Assembly: GCA_013151875.1 (NCBI GenBank)
Contig: JAADHL010000360.1
Span: forward strand, 1-36,054
Reading direction: 5' to 3'
Origin: Deltaproteobacteria bacterium
Lineage (GTDB): Bacteria > Myxococcota_A > UBA9042 > DTJE01
Length of the DNA: 36,054 bases
The position numbers and the translations under genes were made by a program. The notes beneath the pieces were generated by a model. It searched no databases. It was not told the origin of the DNA and saw only the letters and a program-made list of their open reading frames with translations. Shown here piece after piece: positions 1-9,242 of this stretch (positions within the stretch are counted from its first letter, which is position 1; each line of letters begins with the position of its first letter).

Positions 1-447
1 GAAAAGGTCAAGCTGCATCTTCCCGGTCTCTACACCGCAGTGGACGACCTCTTTCAGGCCGAATCGGACCATGCCGGTCCAGAGACATCCATGCGTCTGT
101 GGTCGGAAATGCCTAACATATCCGTGGACTTCGGCGTCATGGAAAAGGCTGAAGGCATCGTTGTGATCCCGGCTTCGTTCGGCTGGAGCGACGTGGGCAC
201 ATGGAGGGCCCTGACCGCCTTCCCATCCGACGACGCCGAGAATTTCGTCCACGGAAAGGTCATTACCGTGGACTCCGCCGGAAACGTGCTGTACTCGTCT
301 CATGGCCTGCTGGCCGCATTGGGGCTGGAAAACATGGTCGTGGTAGTGACCCGCGGCGCGGTGCTGGTCTGCCCAGCCGACAGGACCCAGGAGGTGCGGG
401 CCCTCGTCGATGAACTCAAGAGCAGGAACATGACCGAGTATTTGTAG
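1..447 (+). CDS. Mannose-1-phosphate guanylyltransferase (ManC/CpsB-like), C-terminal part; 5' end lies outside the window
   Basis: Frame 1 is open from base 1 to TAG at 445-447. The translation contains ...IPASFGWSDVGTWRAL..., typical of GDP-mannose pyrophosphorylases. A phosphomannomutase gene follows directly. Confidence 0.75.
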   Translation, partial: EKVKLHLPGLYTAVDDLFQAESDHAGPETSMRLWSEMPNISVDFGVMEKAEGIVVIPASFGWSDVGTWRALTAFPSDDAENFVHGKVITVDSAGNVLYSSHGLLAALGLENMVVVVTRGAVLVCPADRTQEVRALVDELKSRNMTEYL

Positions 448-531
448 GGCCGCTCCCGCTGGACCCGATTCAGCCGATCGTATATCGTCCATCGTCGAAC
501 GTTGACAACAAGCTTGCGGCAGGAAACCCAA

Positions 532-1905
532 ATGGAAACGCTTAATCCCGACATCTTCAGGGAATACGACATCAGGGGAATCGTGGGCACGGACCTCACC
601 AACGCCACCGTAGAGGTTCTTGGACGCGCCTGGGGCACATGGATCCGGAAATCGGCCAGGGACGTCTGTGTCGTCGGCAGGGACTGCAGGATTTCTTCAC
701 CGGCCTTCGCCGAGGCCCTCATCCGGGGGATTACAGCGTGCGGCGTACGGGTGAAGGACATCGGAATAGTCCCGACGCCCCTCCTCTATTTCTCGATGTT
801 CCACCTCGACATCGACTGCGGCGTCATGATTACCGGCAGCCACAATCCCAAAAATTTCAACGGATTCAAAGTCTGCGCGAACAAATCCGCCCTGTACGGA
901 TCGGACATAGCCGAGGTCGGGCGGATCGCCTCATCCGGTGATTTCGCGGATGGACAGGGCGAGGTCTCACACGCCGATGTGATCAACGCCTACATGGACA
1001 AGGTGGCTTCCGGGGCTAGACTCGGATCCCGTTCCCTGAAGGTTGTGGTTGACGCGGGCAACGGGACCGGGGGCGTCGTGGCGATACCGCTTTTCCAGCG
1101 CCTCGGCATCGACGCGGTTCCCCTGTACTGCGAAATGGACGGTGAGTTTCCCAATCATCACCCGGACCCCACGGTGCCGTCGAACCTGGACGACCTGAGC
1201 CGAAAAGTGATTGAAACCGGCGCGGATCTGGGGATCGCCTTCGACGGAGACGCGGATCGCATCGGTGTGGTCACGGAGACCGGGGAGGTGATTTACGGCG
1301 ACATGATCCTGTTGATCCTGGCCCTTGCCCTGTTGCGCGACAATCCAGGGGCCGAGATCGTCTCGGAGGTCAAGTGCAGCCAGGTGTTGTTCGACGAGAT
1401 CGAAAAGGCCGGCGGCAGGGCCGTGATGTGGAAGGTCGGGCACTCTCTCATCAAGGCGAAAATGGCCGAGGACGGCGCCCTCCTCGGGGGTGAAATGAGC
1501 GGTCACATGTTCTTCAGGCATCGCTGGTACGGCTTCGACGACGCCATCTATTCGGCCATCCGTTTCCTGGAGGTGCTGTCCGCCGGCGACCAGCCTGCGT
1601 CGCGCCTGCTGGAGGGCGTGCCCGTAATGAAATCCACGCCCGAGATCCGATTGGATTGCCCGGATGGGATCAAGTTCAAGGTGGTCGATGCGATGACCGA
1701 TCTGTTCAAATCCAGGCACTCCGACGTCATCGACGTGGACGGCGTCAGGGTCCGTTTCCCCCATGGCTGGGGACTGGTGCGTTCGTCCAACACCCAACCG
1801 GTCCTCGTGTTCAGATTCGAAGCGGATTCCGACGAGGCGCTGGAAAACATCAGCACCGCCATGATGTCCAAGGCTGAAGAGTTCAAGAAACGGCTGATGG
1901 GATAG
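532..1905 (+). CDS. Phosphomannomutase/phosphoglucomutase (alpha-D-phosphohexomutase family)
   Basis: Active-site loop ITGSHNPKNFNGFK, metal loop AFDGDADR and sugar loop GGEMSGH are present. ATG at 532 (METLNPDIFREYDIRG) has AGGAA 6 nt upstream. The ORF-track TTG at 502 is a less likely start. Confidence 0.9.
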   Translation: METLNPDIFREYDIRGIVGTDLTNATVEVLGRAWGTWIRKSARDVCVVGRDCRISSPAFAEALIRGITACGVRVKDIGIVPTPLLYFSMFHLDIDCGVMITGSHNPKNFNGFKVCANKSALYGSDIAEVGRIASSGDFADGQGEVSHADVINAYMDKVASGARLGSRSLKVVVDAGNGTGGVVAIPLFQRLGIDAVPLYCEMDGEFPNHHPDPTVPSNLDDLSRKVIETGADLGIAFDGDADRIGVVTETGEVIYGDMILLILALALLRDNPGAEIVSEVKCSQVLFDEIEKAGGRAVMWKVGHSLIKAKMAEDGALLGGEMSGHMFFRHRWYGFDDAIYSAIRFLEVLSAGDQPASRLLEGVPVMKSTPEIRLDCPDGIKFKVVDAMTDLFKSRHSDVIDVDGVRVRFPHGWGLVRSSNTQPVLVFRFEADSDEALENISTAMMSKAEEFKKRLMG

Positions 1906-1936
1906 AAACCTTCGCGATCTGATTCACGGCCGGCGC

Positions 1937-1966
1937 AAGGGAAAAAGAAGAAGGAAAAGAAAAAAA
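1937..1966 (+). other. 30-nt uninterrupted polypurine tract ending at the ychF start codon
   Basis: aagggaaaaagaagaaggaaaagaaaaaaa read directly. It ends at the A of ATG 1966 and stands out in otherwise GC-rich DNA. Confidence 0.9.
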
Positions 1967-3015
1967 TGAAAGCTGCCATCATCGGCCTCGCTCAGAGCGG
2001 CAAGACCACCCTTTTCCATGCCCTAGCCGGAACGAGCCGGGAAAAGGGTGGATTGACGATGGGCACCGTGGAGGTGCCGGACCCCCGCGTGGACAAATTG
2101 ACCGAAATGTACCGCCCGAAAAAGACCATTCACGCTGCCCTGGATATCGTCGAGGCGCACGCCCCTTCCCTGGGCGGCAAGGACAAGGCGCAAGGTCTGG
2201 ATCCGGCCTTCCTCAATATGGTCAAGCCCATGGACGCGTTCCTGCTGGTGGTTCGCGCCTTCGACGGCGAGGGCCTGTGTGACCCGGCCAGGGACGTCCG
2301 CACGGTCCTGGACGACCTGGTGCTGGCGGATCAGATGGTCATTGAAAATCGGCTGGAACGCATGGACCTGGACGTGCGCAAGGGAAAGCCCCCGGCCCCG
2401 GCGGAAGAAAGGAAGGCGCTGGAGCGGGCGCTGGAACTGTTGAACGACGGCAATCTGATCCTGAACGACCCGCAGCTTGCCTCCCAACACGTGCTGAGGG
2501 GATATGCCTTTCTGACGGCGCGCCCCATCCTAACGGTCGTCAACATCGCGGAGGGCCAGGTCCAGAACGACCCAGCCACGATCATCGAAAGCTGGGGCCT
2601 GCCGGTCAAGGGGCTCCCAACCTTCCCTTGCTGCGCAGGCCTGGAAAAAGAGATTCACGACCTCCCGGTTCAGGAGCGTGGGGAATTCCTGGAGGCAATG
2701 GGCATTGGCGAACCTGTCCTGGACGTGGTGGTCCGCCGGACGTACGCCGCCTTGGGGTTGATTTCCTTCCTGACCGTCGGCCCGGACGAGGTGCGGGCCT
2801 GGACCATCCGGGATGGAACCAAGGCCCCTGCCGGGGCGGGTACTGTCCACTCGGACATAGAGAGGGGATTCATCCGGGCCGAGGTGATGTCCTATGACGA
2901 CCTGGCCGAACTGGGTTCGGAGGCCGCCGTGAAAAAGGCGGGAAAAGCCCGCCTGGAGGGCAAGGACTACGTAATTCGCGACGGGGACGTCATCAACTTC
3001 AGGTTCAATGTCTGA
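1966..3015 (+). CDS. ychF: Ribosome-binding ATPase YchF/OLA1 family
   Basis: P-loop GLAQSGKTTLF at the N-terminus. The C-terminal TGS-like end ...EGKDYVIRDGDVINFRFNV is characteristic of YchF. Length is 349 aa. Confidence 0.85.
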   Translation: MKAAIIGLAQSGKTTLFHALAGTSREKGGLTMGTVEVPDPRVDKLTEMYRPKKTIHAALDIVEAHAPSLGGKDKAQGLDPAFLNMVKPMDAFLLVVRAFDGEGLCDPARDVRTVLDDLVLADQMVIENRLERMDLDVRKGKPPAPAEERKALERALELLNDGNLILNDPQLASQHVLRGYAFLTARPILTVVNIAEGQVQNDPATIIESWGLPVKGLPTFPCCAGLEKEIHDLPVQERGEFLEAMGIGEPVLDVVVRRTYAALGLISFLTVGPDEVRAWTIRDGTKAPAGAGTVHSDIERGFIRAEVMSYDDLAELGSEAAVKKAGKARLEGKDYVIRDGDVINFRFNV

Positions 3016-3018
3016 AGT

Positions 3019-4917
3019 CTAATGCAACGGATGATCAGCGCACACGGCCGGGTCGAAGTGCCCTTCGCGCACGAACAAATACCCCGTGGACAGAATGGGC
3101 GTCGTGCTTGGGGGAGGAGGCGCGGTCGCATCATCGGTCTTGGGGTAACCGAATCCGTCCATGCCTCCCATGACCAGGACCAGGCCCGGGTCGAGAGGCA
3201 GTGCCAGGGCCCCCAGCCTTGAACGCGAGTCCTCCAGCACTCCATCCTCGACCAGTCCGGAACCTTTCCCATCCACCGAAAAAAGCGCCAGGGTCCGGGG
3301 AAAGCAGAACGAACCCCACACCACTCCGCATCCCGGCGTCCCGGGCTCTTCGTTGAAATTTCTGTATCCACCGGCCATGACCATTTCGCCGTCTCCCACG
3401 GATACGATGGATGCCATGGACCTCACCGCCCACTGCCGCGGCTCATCCAGGGACACGGCGGTCGCCGAGTCAGGGTCATAGTGACCGCTGCCGTCGGCAT
3501 CCAGTTGCAGCAACCATCCGGTCCGCTTTTCCGGGTCTGGATTGGTGAAACTGAAAGTGGAGTCGTCCAGAGGATTTCCGCCCATGATCAGCAGGGTGGC
3601 GGCATCCCCAGTGTCGGACAGCACCGCCATGGAAGGATAGGCGGTCGGCGAGACATTCGGAGGCGGCCCCCCTGTTCCCAGTTCATGCGCCGTCAGGGCC
3701 CCGGAGGTATTCATAAACACCATTTCAGAAGCGGCCGGCTTGTCTCCAGTCCAGCCCCCGACCAGCACCAGGTCGCCGGTCGAAAGGAAAACGGCCCCAG
3801 AAGCAAAGCGAGGTGACGTCAGACTACCTTCCAGCACATGAACGGTTCCGTCCAGCAAGGCACTGGCGTCGGTCTCGATGAACACCACCTTGTCGGCGGG
3901 CTTGCCGTCGGTCGGGTTCCGGCCGCCGGCCAGGGCGACCCATCCGCGATCCCTGCTCACGGCCAGGGTGGCCTGAACCCCGGCCGTGGCGGTCTTGACG
4001 CCCGTGGAGGACCCGGCATTCAGGTCCAGCACGTCCACCGTGAATTCCACGTCATCAGCGCCGTCCAACGCCGCCACGTCTCCAGGGAAGCCCTGGGGGG
4101 CCAGAACCGCGGACCTGACCCCGCCAATCGCCAGGAGCATTCCCTGGTCGCCAGGCGGTTCAACCATGACGTGCATGGCGCGAGGCTCATGCAGAGCGTT
4201 TCTCAGGCCCTCTGGTCCGAAAGTTCCGATGAAAATTCCGGTACGGGGATCGAATTGCCACAACCGCGAACCGGCGGTCAGAGTGTCCCCTGTGGGTTTT
4301 GGGTTCCACTGATCGAAACCGCCGCTGACAAAGACGCGTCCATCCTGCGCGACCGTCCCAGCCGCGAAGGCCGAACTCCCGTTTTTGAGGAATTCGTCCC
4401 CGCCGAACTGAGGCGCCAGCGGACTCTGGTTCCAGCCGCCCACGCAAGACAGGGCTCCTGCCCGCTTCATGAACACAATCGGCGCGGATTTACGGGACTC
4501 CAGCACCTCGAATGCGCGACTTTTTCCACCCCAAGTGGCGCGGGGTTTCGGACCGGAGCTGCACCCAGTGACATCCAGAACGTAGCGGCCTGGAGGCACG
4601 CCGGTCATCAGGGCCTCTCCAGGGGACTCAAGTCCAACGTCGCTGAACACCAGGGCGGATTTCTCGACTCCGGCCGTGTCCAGGAGCCGCGCCACAATCC
4701 AATCCACGTCATCAGGGAGTCTGCCGGTGCTCAAGGGCGGATTCTCGCAACCCGCAGAGACGCCGTTCGCGAACACCAGCCCTGAGGTTTCGGATGAATC
4801 GAGCGTGGCCGCCCTTCCGCAACCAAGCAGCCCGACCAACGCGGCAAGGAAAGCAAACAGTCTTGGGACCTTGGTTTTCGGTCGGCGGGTGCTTTCGGGT
4901 TCCAATGAAACCCTCAT
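3019..4917 (-). CDS. Kelch-type beta-propeller lipoprotein (paralog 1)
   Basis: Signal peptide plus lipobox (LVGLLGC). There are about 7 repeats of hydrophobic-x-GG blades (VSGGFDQW, AIGGVRS, LAGGRNP, LVGGWTG, IMGGNP, MAGGYRN, VMGGMDG). The start is 1 nt from the stop of the upstream paralog. Confidence 0.7.
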   Translation of the reverse strand: MRVSLEPESTRRPKTKVPRLFAFLAALVGLLGCGRAATLDSSETSGLVFANGVSAGCENPPLSTGRLPDDVDWIVARLLDTAGVEKSALVFSDVGLESPGEALMTGVPPGRYVLDVTGCSSGPKPRATWGGKSRAFEVLESRKSAPIVFMKRAGALSCVGGWNQSPLAPQFGGDEFLKNGSSAFAAGTVAQDGRVFVSGGFDQWNPKPTGDTLTAGSRLWQFDPRTGIFIGTFGPEGLRNALHEPRAMHVMVEPPGDQGMLLAIGGVRSAVLAPQGFPGDVAALDGADDVEFTVDVLDLNAGSSTGVKTATAGVQATLAVSRDRGWVALAGGRNPTDGKPADKVVFIETDASALLDGTVHVLEGSLTSPRFASGAVFLSTGDLVLVGGWTGDKPAASEMVFMNTSGALTAHELGTGGPPPNVSPTAYPSMAVLSDTGDAATLLIMGGNPLDDSTFSFTNPDPEKRTGWLLQLDADGSGHYDPDSATAVSLDEPRQWAVRSMASIVSVGDGEMVMAGGYRNFNEEPGTPGCGVVWGSFCFPRTLALFSVDGKGSGLVEDGVLEDSRSRLGALALPLDPGLVLVMGGMDGFGYPKTDDATAPPPPSTTPILSTGYLFVREGHFDPAVCADHPLH

Positions 4918-4918
4918 C

Positions 4919-6571
4919 TCAATCCGGATTGTAGATGGGTGCGGTGGTCACCGACATCGAGTTCTGGGAAAAGCCGCCAGCGAGGAACACCCTCCTGGTG
5001 GCGTCAAAGACCGCCATGTGCCCTGCCCTCGCAGGCGAAAGATCGGGAGTCAGTCCCGCTACCGAGTCGATCACGTACTTGCACCCGGTCTGATTCACCA
5101 TGTCGTCGCACTCGAGGTTTTCGATGATCAGTTCGGTGGAGGGAATGGGCAGGCCACCTGTTCCCAGCCCACCGGCGATTACAATCGTGTTGTAGTCGAT
5201 AAGGGTGGATGTGTGGGCACCTCGCGCCGTCTTGAGGAACATGACCTCGCCGTCGTTGAAGCCCTTGATTCCCTCGCGGAAGACGTCAACCCGTGAGGAA
5301 GGTTGCGTATGCCCTGTATCCGTAAAACCACCGATAACATAGACTATTCCCTGCTGCGGCACATGGACCGCGCTCAACATGGTCCTGCCGCCTCCGGGGA
5401 GTTTGGTCGCCGCCGCAAGGTCCGGCTCCACATTGTAGCCGCCCACGGTAAATGCCTCCACGTCCGACACGACTCCGCTGGGGTTTTCCCCGCCGAACAG
5501 GATGAATGCGTCAACGCCCGGATTGGCGCCGGTCCTGCCGTAGGTGGACATGTGCACCATGGTATGGTTGTACCGTGTCGTCACCATCTCACCATAGGCA
5601 ACCGTCCCGGTATCCAGTATGTACATGTTCCAAAAAGAACCGGCCTGAGGGATGTTGGACAGCCCGCCGGCAAGGAAAATGACGTCCGGATTCGTTCCGG
5701 CCAGGCCAGCGGTGAACAGGGCGCGGCCCGCGCCTCCCGAAAGCCCTTGAGGGCTCTGCCTGAAGACCCCCGACTCCGGATCGAATACCTCTATAGAATC
5801 CGTAATGGAAGCCGGTCCCTGAGCAACCTGAGTGTATCCGCCCAGGATTACGACCCTGCCGTCCGAAATCTTCACCGCCTGGTGGAACGCCCTCGGGATG
5901 GTCATGGTGCCGACCGCGGTGAAGGTACCATGGGCGGGGTCGTACACCTCCCCGTCCGGGAACACCACGTCCAGGTCCTCGGCACGAGTCCACGACGTGG
6001 ACCCTGTCTTGATCCTGGCCCCACCGAGGATCAATATCCTGCCGTCGTCCAGAACGGTCATCGTCGCGCCAATCCTCTCGCCCAGTACCGGGGCGGTAGG
6101 TACCGGAGGATTGGCGGTGTTCATCGGTGAAGACAGGGAATTCCTGGGGCTCACGAAAACGTCGATTGTCCTGGCCTGGTCGTTGTGCTTTACGGTCAAC
6201 GGCACCGACCGACCGCGCGCGATGATGTCGCCAGCGACCTTGTCGTCGCAGACGTTGCTGCAGACCTCAACGGTGACCTGACGGCCGTAGCCCTCGGGAA
6301 TGTCGGGGAGGGCCGCCTGGCCGGAATTGTAATCGACCACCGTGTCCAGGGTCCCGTTGATCCCGGTCCCACTGACCGAAAAGCGCACTTTTTTTGCCAG
6401 GGAGACATCGAACGGATTCTGGTTGGGACCCGCCAGGGTCGTCCCTGTCACTGGGTGCACCTTGACGAGCAGCAGTTCCGGCGAGCTGGAACCCCCGCCG
6501 CAGGCCATGAAGGCCCAGGCGACAAGGGCCGACGCGAATACCCGGATTTTTCCGTTCCATTGGAACTTCAT
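4919..6571 (-). CDS. Kelch-type beta-propeller lipoprotein (paralog 2)
   Basis: Start chosen at ATG 6571 (MKFQWNGKIRVFASALVAWAFMACGGG, lipobox) with GGAGG 8 nt upstream. Repeated blades are ILGGAR, ILGGYT, LAGGLS, LFGGEN, IGGFTD, IAGGLG and LAGGFS. Confidence 0.7.
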   Translation of the reverse strand: MKFQWNGKIRVFASALVAWAFMACGGGSSSPELLLVKVHPVTGTTLAGPNQNPFDVSLAKKVRFSVSGTGINGTLDTVVDYNSGQAALPDIPEGYGRQVTVEVCSNVCDDKVAGDIIARGRSVPLTVKHNDQARTIDVFVSPRNSLSSPMNTANPPVPTAPVLGERIGATMTVLDDGRILILGGARIKTGSTSWTRAEDLDVVFPDGEVYDPAHGTFTAVGTMTIPRAFHQAVKISDGRVVILGGYTQVAQGPASITDSIEVFDPESGVFRQSPQGLSGGAGRALFTAGLAGTNPDVIFLAGGLSNIPQAGSFWNMYILDTGTVAYGEMVTTRYNHTMVHMSTYGRTGANPGVDAFILFGGENPSGVVSDVEAFTVGGYNVEPDLAAATKLPGGGRTMLSAVHVPQQGIVYVIGGFTDTGHTQPSSRVDVFREGIKGFNDGEVMFLKTARGAHTSTLIDYNTIVIAGGLGTGGLPIPSTELIIENLECDDMVNQTGCKYVIDSVAGLTPDLSPARAGHMAVFDATRRVFLAGGFSQNSMSVTTAPIYNPD

Positions 6572-6587
6572 CGCAACAACCTCCTGC

Positions 6588-8162
6588 TCACCATGTAGCC
6601 CGCGCGCCGAACGTCTGTTCACCGCCACCTCCGCCGCCGCACTTGCCGGCGCCACAGACGGCGCCCACGACGGTGCCGGTGACCACTACCCCGACGACGG
6701 TCCACAGCCACCATTCCTTGTAAATGGGCCTGGAAGGTGACTCGGAGGGCCATTCGTTCATCGGGAAGTCCTCCGGGATCTCGTCGAAGCCGCCCGTGGC
6801 CTGGGCCGTGGGCTGAACGGCCGCCACCGGGGCCGCCGCGGGCTTCTGGGTGGGAGAAGATGCCGGAGCGGGCGCGGGCGCTGGTGCCGGCGGCGTCGCG
6901 GCAACGGGTTTTTTCTCGGGTCGCTGGGTCGGGACCAGGGCGTAAATAGCCGGCCTTTTCGTCACGCGCCTGTCGGCCGGGAAGGTGGAAAGGGAGTCGG
7001 CCAGCCTTGATTCGAGGTCAAGGAGGGCAATCTGGAGATTGCTGAGGTCGGTGTCGATGACCGCGGGCTCGATGCCGGCCAACCTGCCTGATTTGCCGTC
7101 AAAGAGGAAAAGGCCCAGGTGGAAGGCGCCGTCCGAACGGGCCAGATATGACAATACAATGTATTCAGCGCCGGCCTTTTTCATGGCAATGCGGGCGTCG
7201 CGGGCGAAGTTTCCCGTAAAGTCTCCCGACTTGGCGTATTCGGTCAAGGGCCTTGTCTTGACCTTTGCCACCACGGGCCGGGCCGGTTTGGCCGACTTCC
7301 TGGCGACGTTCAGATTCAGGCGCAGTGAAGCGGTCCGTCCGGGCGACCGCGTATTGACAAACCTTCCGGCTGGAGGCAGACCCTCGGCCACCACGCGGAC
7401 GAAATGGCGTCCCCTCGGCAGGCCGGTAACGGTCTGGCTGCCCGTACCGACAAGGCGCCCATCCACGTAAACCGACGCGCCTTCCACGTCGACCGTAACG
7501 GTCAAGTCGCCACCCTTTGCAATCCTTTTCCTGCGCCTCTCCAGCTTCCTGATGAACTTCGGATTGAAAGCCTTGTCCTGGAGGCTGATGTCCGGACGCA
7601 TGGTCAGAAGCCTCTTGAGCGCGGCCCTGCCCTCTTCGTAGTAGCCGCCGGCCGTGAACCCGACTGCCAGCCACAGATAGGTATCGACGTACAGGTCAAA
7701 GTCCTCGAGGTCCTTGAGGTTCCGCCGGTACAGTTTCTCGGCGCGCATCAGACGGCCAAGGCCCGTTTCCAGGCGTTTTTTCTTCACAGCGGCCTTGCCC
7801 GATTCGGCCAGCTTGCGCGCCTTCTCCAAACGCGGATTGGTTTTTACCGGCTCGGGCGCTGGTTCGGCCGGCTTTTCTTCCAGCGCCGGTCGGGCGGCGG
7901 GGGTCTGCAGCACCTTCAGTTTGATCTTAGGGTCTATCTCGGCCAGCGCCCTGAAATATTCCTCCACCCTGGACGGGACTCCCTCGGGTACGTACTCGGA
8001 TCGTTGAACCGGCACGAACAAAACCACGTGCCCGGTATCAACCTTGTCCGTCCTGACCGTCCTGGCGCACAGCGGAGTGGGAAAAGCCGCCATGGACATC
8101 AGAAATGCGCATAGCACCAGAAAGACCATGGCCTCGTTCAATCGCTTCATGCGGGCCAGCAT
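6588..8162 (-). CDS. PEGA-domain envelope protein with N-terminal signal peptide, Pro/Ala-rich linker and C-terminal TM anchor
   Basis: PEGA-like segment VTVDVEGASVYVDGRLVGTGSQTVTGLPRGRHFVRVVAEG. The PAPAPAPAPA linker is followed by WWLWTVVGVVVTGTVVGAVCGAG. Start set at ATG 8162 (MLARMKRLNEAMVFLV...) because GGAGG lies 8 nt upstream. The ORF-track start at 8186 lacks an SD. Confidence 0.65.
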   Translation of the reverse strand: MLARMKRLNEAMVFLVLCAFLMSMAAFPTPLCARTVRTDKVDTGHVVLFVPVQRSEYVPEGVPSRVEEYFRALAEIDPKIKLKVLQTPAARPALEEKPAEPAPEPVKTNPRLEKARKLAESGKAAVKKKRLETGLGRLMRAEKLYRRNLKDLEDFDLYVDTYLWLAVGFTAGGYYEEGRAALKRLLTMRPDISLQDKAFNPKFIRKLERRRKRIAKGGDLTVTVDVEGASVYVDGRLVGTGSQTVTGLPRGRHFVRVVAEGLPPAGRFVNTRSPGRTASLRLNLNVARKSAKPARPVVAKVKTRPLTEYAKSGDFTGNFARDARIAMKKAGAEYIVLSYLARSDGAFHLGLFLFDGKSGRLAGIEPAVIDTDLSNLQIALLDLESRLADSLSTFPADRRVTKRPAIYALVPTQRPEKKPVAATPPAPAPAPAPASSPTQKPAAAPVAAVQPTAQATGGFDEIPEDFPMNEWPSESPSRPIYKEWWLWTVVGVVVTGTVVGAVCGAGKCGGGGGGEQTFGARATW

Positions 8163-8307
8163 ATCGGGAACCTCCGCATTATCCATAACACCGCGGCCAT
8201 CTTTCCGGGACCGCCGATCCTTTAATGGCGCAGCGCGGCAGAATCTATCACCTTGGACATGACTCAGTCAACCTCGCCCGTCAACTCCCGAATCGGCAAA
8301 AAAGCTC

Positions 8308-8335
8308 TTGACAACCTTGGGTTTCCGGTTAGGAT
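8308..8335 (+). promoter_or_regulatory. Sigma70-like promoter for tRNA-Val / infC operon
   Basis: TTGACA (8308-8313), 16-nt spacer, TAGGAT (8330-8335), about 20 nt upstream of the tRNA 5' end. Confidence 0.5.
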
Positions 8336-8354
8336 CCGTCCCGGCATTGTCGCC

Positions 8355-8426
8355 AGGCGCGTAGCTCAGTGGGAGAGCGCTACCTTGACACGGTAGATGT
8401 CGGCGGTTCAATCCCGCCCGTGCCTA
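8355..8426 (+). tRNA. tRNA-Val (anticodon GAC)
   Basis: Hand-folded cloverleaf:
- Acceptor AGGCGCG/CGTGCCT, with one G-U pair.
- U8 and A9, then D arm GCTC-AGTGGGA-GAGC.
- Anticodon arm CTACC-TTGACAC-GGTAG, with GAC at positions 34-36.
- Variable loop ATGTC and T arm GGCGG-TTCAATC-CCGCC.
- Discriminator A.
The 3' CCA is not fully encoded; the genome reads CCG. Confidence 0.9.
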
Positions 8427-8491
8427 CCGGCGCGAAGGACGGGCGCCCGCCGGGCGATCCTGTCGTACGCAGTCCCTTGCGAGAGAAATAC

Positions 8492-9049
8492 GTGGTCGCA
8501 GACAACCGGGAAGTCAGGACCAACAATAGGATCAGGGCTCGAGACGTGAGACTGATTGATCACAAAGGCGTCCAGATTGGAATCGTCTCGCTGTCGCAGG
8601 CGCTGGAGATGGCGGACAACGTCGGTCTGGACCTCGTTGAGGTGGCGGGACAGGCCAGGCCGCCCGTATGCCGGATCATGGACTTCGGCAAGTTCAAGTA
8701 CCAGCGCAAAAAGAGGCAGGCGGAGGCCAAGAAGCGTCAGGTGACCATTCAGCTCAAAGAGGTGAAAATCCGTTACAAGACGGATGATCACGACCTGGAA
8801 ACCAAGATGCGCAGGGCAACCGAATTCCTGAACGAGGGACACAAGGTCAAGTTCATGATGTTCTTCAAGGGAAGGGAGATCCAGTTCACCGCCCTTGGCC
8901 AGCAGACCATGGAAAAGATAGGTGCCAAGTTGATGGACGTGGCCGTCCAGGAACGCCCCCCCCGCATGGAGGGAAGGGTTCTTACAATGTATCTGGCGTC
9001 AAAGGGCGGCAAGAAGGAGGAAGGCGAAAGTGCCGAAAATAAAGACTAA
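8492..9049 (+). CDS. infC: Translation initiation factor IF-3
   Basis: ...NNRIRARDVRLIDHKGVQIGIVSLSQALEMADNVGLDLVEV...PPVCRIMDFGKFKYQ... matches the IF-3 N and C domains. The ORF-track start at 8369 lies inside the tRNA. The first plausible start after the tRNA is GTG 8492 (GAGAG 6 nt upstream), with TTG 8477 as an alternative. Confidence 0.85.
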   Translation: MVADNREVRTNNRIRARDVRLIDHKGVQIGIVSLSQALEMADNVGLDLVEVAGQARPPVCRIMDFGKFKYQRKKRQAEAKKRQVTIQLKEVKIRYKTDDHDLETKMRRATEFLNEGHKVKFMMFFKGREIQFTALGQQTMEKIGAKLMDVAVQERPPRMEGRVLTMYLASKGGKKEEGESAENKD

Positions 9050-9227
9050 CAGGGCTGCGGCAAAGCGGTTCGGCAGGACCGGCGGCGGCTCCCTGCGCAG
9101 GTCCAAGGCCTACAAGGGCCACCTGCAGGAGCACAAGGGCAAGAAACAAAAGCGGAACCTGAGGCAGACCACTCTGGTATCCAAAGCTGATGAAAAGCGC
9201 ATGAATCGGCTGCTGCCGAACATGTGA
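9030..9227 (+). CDS. rpmI: 50S ribosomal protein L35
   Basis: MPKIKTNRAAAKRF... The GTG start at 9030 has GGAGG 9 nt upstream and overlaps the last 20 nt of infC. Confidence 0.9.
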   Translation: MPKIKTNRAAAKRFGRTGGGSLRRSKAYKGHLQEHKGKKQKRNLRQTTLVSKADEKRMNRLLPNM

Positions 9228-9242
9228 CGGAGGACCTTAGCG

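Noticed and set aside
967-1797. 276-aa minus-strand ORF antisense to the phosphomannomutase gene
   Set aside because: It has the Arg/Gly/His/Pro-rich, motif-free composition typical of shadow ORFs in high-GC DNA. The plus frame carries all the PMM/PGM catalytic motifs.
3838-8114. Several long plus-strand ORFs (3838-4785, 4676-5296, 5303-6130, 7404-8114) opposite the Kelch and PEGA genes
   Set aside because: They are low-complexity, Arg/Gly/Pro-rich translations with no export signals or motifs. The minus frames have lipoboxes, repeated propeller blades, SDs and tight gene junctions.
8369-8491. N-terminal extension of infC starting at ATG 8369 (ORF-track start)
   Set aside because: The first 58 nt of this extension lie inside tRNA-Val (8355-8426). 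IF-3 homology only begins around residue 42, so GTG 8492 (or TTG 8477) is the realistic start.
8956-8963. C8 homopolymer in infC, and likewise G8 at 30575-30582 in the PlsC fusion, as phase-variation switches
   Set aside because: Both simply encode in-frame Pro-Pro or Gly-Gly within conserved enzymes. Such runs are expected in GC-rich genomes, and infC is essential, so slippage-based switching is implausible. They are relevant only as possible sequencing-error hotspots.
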